Shown here piece after piece: positions 22,352-30,041 of a stretch of DNA of 30,041 nucleotides; position 1 is the stretch's first letter, and every line of letters begins with the position of its first letter. Made by a program: the position numbers and the translations under genes. Source of the stretch: Octopus sinensis (Eukaryota); contig NW_021832879.1 of the NCBI RefSeq assembly GCF_006345805.1, forward strand, positions 1-30,041. The letters run 5' to 3'. The notes under the pieces were generated by a model. That model worked only from the letters and a program-made list of their open reading frames with translations. It was not told where the DNA came from and did not search any database.

Positions 22352-22438
22352 TCATCTATATAATAAATACCAAAACGAATTTCTGTATGTCAATGTGTCA
22401 CACTTTGACCCCCTCTCTCACTATTCAATTACATTCTA

Positions 22439-22482
22439 CTATTCCTCATGATGGAGTGAGATTTGCTCGAAATGTGGAATAG
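22439..22482 (+). ncRNA. degenerate minimal hammerhead-like motif
   Basis: CTATTC-CTCATGA-TG-GAGTGA-GAT-TTGCTC-GAAA-TG-TG-GAATAG: perfect 6-bp stem I, 6-bp stem II with G-U pairs, GAAA. The core has G5C and the triplet would be GUG (non-cleavable). Confidence 0.45.
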
Positions 22483-22641
22483 ATAAACAGCCGACAACTA
22501 ATGAAGGGTCGTTCTTTGTGTTACTTGTCTTGTTTTCCATGTTTCTCTCGCTGTTCGCATACCAAGGTTTGCTTTCGTTTTTCATGTTGTTTTCGTATTT
22601 CATGTTCTTTGTAACGTCCTGTACCCATATATGCGCAACAT

Positions 22642-22642
<1 letters not shown>

Positions 22643-22718
<76 letters not shown>

Positions 22719-22737
22719 TATATATGTAAGTATGTAC

Positions 22738-22793
<56 letters not shown>

Positions 22794-22839
22794 GTGTGTT
22801 GTGTGTGTGTGTGTGGTGTGTGTGTGTGTGTGTGTGTGT
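22643..22839. repeat. (CA)n-(TA)n-(TG)n quasi-palindromic microsatellite
   Basis: Directly visible. Confidence 0.95.
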
Positions 22840-22997
22840 AATATTTAGTTAAATCTATGACCAATGAGCCGTGTATAGCGCTAAGCCCTTTGTGGACGCG
22901 AAACCATTAGTCACTTTATGACCGGACATAGACTTCACTACATATGAATACATTGCTGCTCTACGCTTTAGAGTGTGGATATAACATTTTTAACCGA

Positions 22998-23099
22998 CAG
23001 AAGTTACAAAGTAACTCAGGCCTGAGAGTTTCGTGCACGACACTTAACAAACTGTTTGTGAACGAAACTCTCATTTGTTGAGTCACTTTGTAACTACTG
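22998..23099. other. ~100-nt imperfect hairpin / inverted repeat
   Basis: AGTTACAAAGTAACTCA (23002-18) pairs with TGAGTCACTTTGTAACT (23079-95) at 16/17; TGAGAGTTTCGT (23023-34) pairs with ACGAAACTCTCA (23062-73) at 12/12. Confidence 0.85.
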
Positions 23100-23119
23100 C
23101 TGATTATATATATATATAT

Positions 23120-23278
23120 CGCCATGTTGAATCGCTAGCTTCTGTACGCATTTTTTTTCTCTCCTTGTTTCTCTCCGTATTTCTTTTCTGTGTATCTTTC
23201 TGTTGAAGAGCGTAGGCTCGAAACGTAAAAGACTTGTTTTATTTCTATTCCTGAGCGCCATACTAATACAATTGCTTG
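23120..23278 (+). mobile_element. short Penelope-like/non-autonomous repeat carrying a hammerhead-like motif, between (TA)n runs
   Basis: Flanked by (TA)n. Same layout as 3869-4090: pyrimidine tract, ribozyme-like motif, TTCCTGAGCG..TAATAC. Confidence 0.55.
23195..23232 (+). ncRNA. minimal type I hammerhead-like ribozyme motif (A6U core variant)
   Basis: TCTTT-CTGTTGA-A-GAGC-GTAG-GCTC-GAAA-CG-TA-AAAGA: 5-bp stem I, 4-bp stem II, palindromic ACGU, GUA triplet. Confidence 0.55.
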
Positions 23279-23284
23279 TATATA

Positions 23285-23324
<40 letters not shown>

Positions 23325-23407
23325 GTGCGCACGCACACACACACGCACACATGCACACACACACCACCCACACACCATATATATATATATATATATATAC
23401 ATACATA

Positions 23408-23485
<78 letters not shown>
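23279..23485. repeat. (TA)n/(CA)n/(TA)n and (GATA)n microsatellites
   Basis: Directly visible. Confidence 0.95.
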
Positions 23486-23512
23486 TCTTTTTTATTAATA
23501 TTTAGCAGAAGT

Positions 23513-23691
23513 GCAAAATGTTTAGCGGCATTTCTTCCGTCTTAACTTTCTAAGATCAAATTCCGCCGATGTCGACTTGGCTTTTCATCCTTTTGGAGTA
23601 GACAAAATAAGTACCAACGAAACACGTGGGTCGATGTAATCGACTTTGTATCTCCCTCAAAATTGCTGACCTAGTGCCAAAATTTGCAATC
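23513..23691 (+). mobile_element. 5'-truncated SINE family B' with 16-bp TSD
   Basis: Matches the family B body (TTAGCGGCATTTC...CAAATTCCGCCGA.GTCGACTT...). TSD AATATTTAGCAGAAGT at 23497-23512 and 23692-23707. Confidence 0.88.
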
Positions 23692-23774
23692 AATATTTAG
23701 CAGAAGTAGTAGAGTGACTTATATACATATATATTCTGCGGCCAAAATAGGACACCGTTTTGAAGAGTCTTATG

Positions 23775-23992
23775 CTTTATTCTTTTGCTGAACCGTTTGC
23801 TTATGTGTCTAGTGGTGTGGAATCGAACATAAATTCACACATTCATCAAACGGTTTTCGTCTAAGGAATTCACGCAAAAGGCATTGTTTGGCACGGGGTT
23901 GTAGTAAGAGACGTTTATCCAAGATGCCACAGAACTGATCCCGCTGCTACAGGGTTTGTGAAGCAAAATTCTTAACCGCACAATCATGTCTA
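23775..23992 (-). mobile_element. highly degenerate SINE family A copy
   Basis: TTTTGCTGAACCG...TTTCGTCTA...CCAAGATGCCAC...CTTAACCGCACA in reverse family A order. Confidence 0.55.
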
Positions 23993-24064
23993 TATGTACA
24001 GAGTAGACCAAACGTCACGCACCATAAGATTTAATATTTTACTATTATAATTATTATTATTATT

Positions 24065-24599
24065 GAGAGAGCAGTGCATACCATCAAAGTGACACTAGGG
24101 TAAAATATACGAAGCCCAGTATACCCATCATGACTACCCATCTGATAAGGGTTCACCAAGCACATGCATCACAACCATATGCCTGCGACATGGTGATCTC
24201 ATATCAAGATAAACAGCCCATGACCTTGCAGGTGGAGCCCAGTTAGAATTGTCTTCTGGTCGAGTAGCCCATCGCGCTCAAAAGGTCCCTGAATAAGGAT
24301 TGTTTAAGGATGTTGAACGAAACACCCATGTTTCCAGAGGTGAATTATTCAAACCCCAAAGAATCCCTCTCAACACATGGCTATGATGCTCCCCCACTAC
24401 TTCTGCTCGTGATCAGAGATGCACATATCGTCAGCCACTAAGGGACATGCTCAACTGGTTAAGGTCAAACAACTGGCAAGCAAATTTGTGGTATTGAGCA
24501 GAATATTTGCTGTACCTAGACAAAACAATGTACATGATAACACTTCCAATCAGTTAAGATCAAAAGCCACGAGAGCCACTGCCTGGTACTGCATCAGGG

Positions 24600-24600
<1 letters not shown>
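24065..24600. mobile_element. 536-bp non-coding element inserted within (ATT)n
   Basis: Sharp-edged higher-GC block with (ATT)n immediately on both sides; no TIR, tRNA head or credible ORF. Confidence 0.6.
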
Positions 24601-24636
<36 letters not shown>

Positions 24637-24787
24637 GTTATTATCATGTATTTTGTTCATCATGTACGAGTGCATGTGTATTCATCGTTATTTTGGTTAT
24701 TCTATTGAATTTTAGAAAAATTGAAACATGTCTTTGATGATTTCGGAGCGTATTGAACCTATTTTGAGCCTGACTTTTGACCCACAC

Positions 24788-25276
24788 TGTATGTGTATGT
24801 GTGTGCGTATGCATATGTACGTGCATATATGCATGTATGTATGTATGTATGCATAAGTACATACATAAGTACATACATACATACATACATACATACATAC
24901 ATACATACATACATACATACATACATGCATACATACATAAGTACATACATACATACATACATACATACATACATACATACATAAGTACATACATACATAC
25001 ATACATACATAAGTACATACATACATACATACATACATACATACATACATGCATACATACATAAGTACATACATACATACATACATACATACATACATAC
25101 ATACATACATACATACATAACCCAAAGTGCATACATAAGTACATACATACATACATACATACATACATACATACATACATACATACATACATACATGCAT
25201 ACATAAGTACATACATACATACATACATACATACATACATACATACATACATACATACATACATACATACATACAC
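24788..25276. repeat. (TATG)n then (TACA)n array with recurrent TAAG variant units
   Basis: Directly visible. Confidence 0.97.
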
Positions 25277-25354
25277 AACCTGCCTGATCGATCGAGATAA
25301 CTTTTCACATTTCTCCTGTTATTAAGTTATATTACTAATAAATACATTTCAAGC

Positions 25355-25525
25355 AACATTGGCACAAGACCCCCAACTTCTAGGGAGAAAAAGAATCGAT
25401 TATACCAATTCTAGTACATGAATAGTACATATTTCACTGATTCGTGAAAATTTGAAAAGAAAAGTTAACTTCAGAAGGAATTAAACGTTGAAAGTACCGA
25501 ACAGAAACTAAACACTGCAAAGATT
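25355..25525 (-). mobile_element. degenerate SINE family B' copy
   Basis: TTGGCACAAGAC...ATCGATTATA...AGTAC...GAAAAG.AAAGTTAACTTC parallels 26290-26410. Confidence 0.5.
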
Positions 25526-25736
25526 CTTATCATTTGCATTCATGCTTCACCTAGTCTAAACAATCATTTTCTGTGAGAAAAATATGTTGTACACTTGTTA
25601 AAAAGACGTCTTGGATTTTAATACTTATGTTTTGGGGGCATGAATTAGGACGATATGTGTCTATATGGGTACGTATTGATGATGTTTTTATCATTTCTTC
25701 GTAATGGTTAAATAACTATCAGTAAAAGCCAAGAAT

Positions 25737-25998
25737 GTGCAGGAGTGGCTGTGTGGTAAGTAGCTTGCTAACCAACCACATGGTTCTGGGTTCAGTCCCA
25801 CTGCGTGGCACCTTGGGAGAGTGTCCTCTCCTCAAGCCTCGGGCCAACCAAAGCTTTGTGAGTGGATTTGGTTGAAGGAAACTGAAAGAAGCCCGCCGTA
25901 TATATATAATGTGTGTTGTGTGTGTATGTGTGTGTGCGTGTGTGTTTTGTGTGTGTGTGTGTGCGTGCGTGTGTGTGTGTGCGTGTGTGTGTGTGTGC
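25737..25998 (+). mobile_element. SINE family A head plus its (TA)/(TG) linker, tail missing
   Basis: Near-identical to 29520-29680. Confidence 0.9.
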
Positions 25999-26064
25999 GA
26001 ATCTTGAGATTACCGCTTTAAGGGGAAATAGCAAGGCCACTTAGAGTAGATAAATCCTTTTTAA

Positions 26065-26272
26065 CTTTCTCACAAAGCCACGAATTTCGAGGGCAGCGGC
26101 AAGTCGATTGCAGTGACCTCAGTAGTTGACTGGTATTTTATTTCATCGACCCTGAAAGGATGGAAGACAAAGCCGACTGCAGCGAAATTTGAACCCAGAA
26201 TATAAAAAGTCGGAAGAAATGCTGTCAAACAATTCGGCAGACGCGCCAACGACTCTGTCAGCTCGATGCCTT
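26065..26272 (-). mobile_element. SINE family B' copy
   Basis: Reverse complement of family B, ending ...GACTCTGTCAGCTCGATGCCTT. Confidence 0.8.
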
Positions 26273-26282
26273 ACTCATTAAT

Positions 26283-26487
26283 AATGATTTCAAATTTTAG
26301 CACAAGGCCAGCAATTTCGGAGAAGTGAATAAGTCGATTAGATCAACCCCAAGTTTCAACTGATTATTTTATGGACCCTAAAAGGATGAAAGGTAAAGTC
26401 GACCTCGACGAAATGTGAACTCAGAACGTAAAGACGGACAAAATACCGCAAATTATTTTTTTTGTCCGGCGTGCTAACGATTCTGAA
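26283..26487 (-). mobile_element. SINE family B' copy, tandem with 26065-26272
   Basis: TTTCAAATTTTAGCACAAGGCCAGCAATTT...AAAGGATGAAAGGTAAAGTCGACCTCG...GAACTCAGAACGT...GTCCGGCGTGCTAACGATTCTG. Confidence 0.85.
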
Positions 26488-26564
26488 TGATAAGTGAGTC
26501 CTGCAAAATATGGACTGTTGTACTAAAATGTGTGTATGTGTGTTTATATTTTCCCCAGTTAACT

Positions 26565-26958
26565 GGAAGCACTCCGTCGGTTACGACGACGAGGGTTCCG
26601 GTTGATCCGATCAACGGAACAGCCTGCTCTCGAATGAAATTAACGTGTAAGTGGCTGAAACACTCCACAGACACGTGTACCCTTAACGTAGTTCTCGGGG
26701 ATATTCAGCGTGACACAGAGAGAGTGACAAGGCCGGCCCTTTGAAATACAGGGACACAACAGAAACAGGAAGTAAGAGTGAGAGAAAGTGTGGGTGAAAG
26801 AGTACAGCAGGGATCACCACCATCCCCTGCCGGAGCCTCGTGGAGCTTTAGGTGTTTTCGCTCAATAAACACTCACAACGCCCGGTCTGGGAATCGAAAC
26901 CGCGATCCTATGACCGCGAGTCCGCTGCCCTAACCACTGGGCCATTGCGCCCCCCCCC
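26565..26958 (-). mobile_element. full-length SINE family C with 12-bp TSD
   Basis: Reverse complement of 14309-14693; TSD CCCCAGTTAACT at 26553-26564 and 26959-26970. Confidence 0.95.
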
Positions 26959-27130
26959 CCCCAGTTAACTAACGGTTCGACAAACAGATATACATGGTCA
27001 CAGTTCAATAACTGCATAAATACGGGACGAAATTTGCTTTGGGGGTTCAAACCCAGGTCAAAAAACTTTTACAAACAACGTCAATTTTATTTCAATCTTA
27101 ATATCAAAACAAACACAGGTATAATAATCA

Positions 27131-27317
27131 GGCGGCGAGCTGGCAGAAACGTTAGCACGCCGGACGAAATGCTTAGCAGTATTTCGTCTGTCGTTACGTT
27201 CCGAGTTCAAATTCCACCGAGGTCGACTTTGCCTTTCATCTTTTCGAGGTCGATAAATTAAGTACCAGTTACGCACTGGAGTTGATCTAATCGACTTAAT
27301 CCGTTTGTCTGTCCTTA
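27131..27317 (+). mobile_element. SINE family B, 3'-truncated
   Basis: Near-identical to 10283-10468. Confidence 0.92.
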
Positions 27318-27562
27318 TTAATGGAAAAGTAATGTTTTCTAATCAGTTTAAAAACGTTTCTACGCTCATTCGTTTTGACGAAGTTGTTCAAAGCGTTTGT
27401 ATTTCCCCACCAACACCACCACAACCAGATTTCAGTGGTACTCTTGCACCCGCTGTACTCTCTGTTCACGAGCCTAGGAATGGCTAGAACTAGTAAAAGA
27501 AGTATGAAATAAAAAATAAAACAAAAAGAGTAAAGTAAGTAACTGATCGGTGAAGATACATA

Positions 27563-27968
27563 GTCGCAGGAGTGGCTGTGTGGTAAGTAGCTTGTTTACA
27601 ACCACCATGATTCCGGGTTCAGTCCCACTGCATGGCACCTTGGGAAGTGTTCTTCTACTATAGCCTCGGGCCGACCAAAGCCTTGTGAGTGGATTTGGTA
27701 GACGGGAACTGAAAGAAGCCCGTTGTATATACGTATGTTTATATATATATAAGTATATATATATATATATGCGTGTGTATGTTTGTGTGTCTGTGTTTGT
27801 AACCCAGCATTGCTGGTGTGTTTACTCCCCGTCACTTAGCGGTTCGGCAAAAAGAGACCGATAGAATAAGTTACGGGCTTACAAAGAATAAGTCCCGGGG
27901 TCGATTTCCTCGACTAAAGGCGGTGCTCCAGCACGGCCGCAGTCAAATGACTGAAACAAGTAAAAGAG
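27563..27968 (+). mobile_element. full-length SINE family A (tRNA head, CORE-like CCTTGGG.AAGT, internal microsatellite, AAAAGAG tail)
   Basis: A box TGGCTGTGTGG, B box GGTTCAGTCCC; matches 29520-29933. Confidence 0.95.
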
Positions 27969-28287
27969 ATCGTTGAAGATACTGGGCTTTCTTATGGTCA
28001 ATACATCTATAAAGCAGGGGACACAACTCTTTCATTTTTTTTTAATGCTCGATCCTTTCAAGAAGAAAATAAACAAAATAAAAAAAAGATTTGATGCGAA
28101 ATTCATTCCAGCTTTACGTAAATGACCAGAACCTCATGCGACTGAGAACCAAAATCTAAGCATGAAGTCAGCTCTCAGAGATTAATGGTGTTCTACATCG
28201 ATCGACGTTTATAGTTATTTAGTTTCGTATATTTAAGAGAACGAGTCGAGGAGGACGACCGCTACGTTGACGGGCGACGGTGGCGAC

Positions 28288-28318
28288 AATGATGATGATG
28301 ATGATGATGATGATGATG
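28288..28318. repeat. (GAT)n microsatellite
   Basis: Directly visible; explains the poly-Asp ORF. Confidence 0.95.
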
Positions 28319-28343
28319 TATGTAGGTGGCGTAGTGATCGTCA

Positions 28344-28760
28344 TACTCTTACTCCTTTACTCTTTTACTTGTTTCAGTCATTTGACTGCGGCCATGCTGG
28401 AGCACCGCCTTTAGTCGAGCAAATCGACCCAGGGACTTATTCTTTTTGTAAGCCCAGTACTTATTCTATCGGTCTCTTTTGCCGAACCGCTAAGGACGGG
28501 GACGTAAACACACCAGCATCTGTTGTCAAGCAATGCTAGGGGGACAAACACAGACACACAAAAACACATACACACACATATATATATATACATATATACG
28601 ACAGGATTCTTTCAGTTTCCGTTTACCAAATCCACTCACAAGGCATTGGTCGGCCCGGGGCTATAGCAGAAAACACATGCCCAAGATGCCACGCAGTGGG
28701 ACTGAACCCGGAACCATGTGGTTGGTTAGCAAGCTACTTACCACACAGCCACTCCTGCGC
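28344..28760 (-). mobile_element. full-length SINE family A
   Basis: Reverse complement of 27563-27968 and 29520-29933. Confidence 0.95.
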
Positions 28761-29321
28761 TTGAAGATGATTTAGTTTCTTTTATTATTGCGAAATAATA
28801 ATAAGTATTTAATTTGTTTTTAAGCTTAAAAAAGGCTTTTAGTTTACCATGTCTTTTTGCAAACTGCACTCATAAATAAAGCGTCCACGATGAATGGTAA
28901 ACACTGTCAAATTGTATTCCTAAATTCAGATATTTTTTTTTTTTACTGTACTATATTAAAAAACTAAAATTATTTGTTTGTAAGCTTAAAATAAGTTTTT
29001 TATTAACCATGTATTATTGAGAATGCATTCATAAATAAAGTACAGAACAGAATGGTTGTTATCGGTTTAGCCTACTGACAAGTAAATTCGACCTAGCCTA
29101 GAGGTAAGTTAATTCGACTTAAGTGGGTTTTTTCGACTAAAGTCGTGTCTCCTGGAACCAATGAACGACGTAGGCTGAGGTATGCCTAATATATATAGTA
29201 TATATATAGATATAATATATATATATATATATATATCTATATATACTATATATATCATATATATATATATATATATATAATATAATTGACACACACACAC
29301 TCACTCACATGCATGAACATG

Positions 29322-29498
29322 CATCAACCGATGTTGATGTGTTTACATCCCCGTAGCCAAACGGTTCGGCAAAATTACCCGATAGAATAAGTACTAGGCT
29401 TATAAAGAATAAGACCTGGGGTCGATTTGCTTGACTAAAGGCGGTGCTCCAGCGTGGCCGCAGTCAAGTTGCTGAAACAAATAAAAGAGTAAAAGAAT
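29322..29498 (+). mobile_element. SINE family A tail half
   Basis: CAACCGATGTTG...CGGTTCGGCAAAA...GGCGGTGCTCCAGC...TAAAAGAGTAAAAG. Confidence 0.9.
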
Positions 29499-29519
29499 AT
29501 ATATACATACATACATATA

Positions 29520-29933
29520 GGCGCAGGAGTGGCTGTGTGGTAAATAGTTTGTTAACCAACCACATGGTTCCGAGATCAGTCCCACTGCGTGGCACCTTGG
29601 GCAAGTGTCTTCTACTATAGCCTCGGGCCGACCAAAGCCTTGTGAGTGGATTTAGTAGACGGAAACTGAAAGAAGCCCGTCGTATATATGTATATATATA
29701 TATACAGTTATAGTTATATATGTGTGTGTGTATGTTTGTGTGTCTATGTTTGTCCCCCTAGCATTGCTTGACAACCGATGCTAGTGAGTTTATGTCCCCG
29801 TCACTTAGCGATTCGGCAAAAGAGACCGATAGAATAAGTACTGGGTTTACACAGAATAAGTCTCGGGGTCGAGTTGCTCGATTAAAGGCGGTGCTCCAAA
29901 TGACTGAAACAAGTAAAAGAATAAAAGAGTAAA
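29520..29933 (+). mobile_element. full-length SINE family A (short internal deletion in tail)
   Basis: GGCGCAGGAGTGGCTGTGTGG...CCTTGGGCAAGTGTCTTC...TGACTGAAACAAGTAAAAGA. Confidence 0.95.
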
Positions 29934-30041
29934 AATGTATACATACATACATACATACGTATATATATATATGAACATATATGCAAATATACGTTATGCA
30001 CACGGGCATACATACATATACATTGGCATATATGAAGTGTC

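Noticed and set aside
24545-24600. HDV-like or hammerhead ribozyme at the minus-strand start of the (ATT)n-embedded element (CCCTGATGCAG..., GGCTCTCGTGGC)
   Set aside because: Could not complete P1/P2 pairing or find a matching GAAA half-core by eye.
28267-28539. Poly-Asp ORF
   Set aside because: (GAT)n microsatellite running into an antisense SINE A.

Overview
AT-rich eukaryotic, repeat-dominated DNA that looks intronic or intergenic. The SINE and microsatellite complement resembles an octopus (coleoid cephalopod) genome; this is recalled similarity, not a database result. I see no intact protein-coding gene. Nearly all long ORFs in the track are translations of (TA)n, (CA)n or (TACA)n microsatellites, and the rest are transposon relics. 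Contents: (i) many tRNA-derived SINE copies of at least three families, several with clean target-site duplications (TSDs) and some nested or inverted; (ii) five Tc1/mariner-superfamily relics (DD34D, DD37D, a probable DD41D-like one, an internally deleted mariner, and a palindromic two-left-end mariner); (iii) a piggyBac-type MITE with TTAA TSD; (iv) CR1 and RTE LINE 3' fragments; (v) a 32-bp x ~21 minisatellite. The most interesting signal is up to six hammerhead-ribozyme-like motifs of the Penelope/retrozyme type, all with non-canonical cores, in short repeats embedded in microsatellites. Three of them cluster at 22.4-23.2 kb together with a ~100-nt near-perfect hairpin. There are also two weak candidate minus-strand exons.
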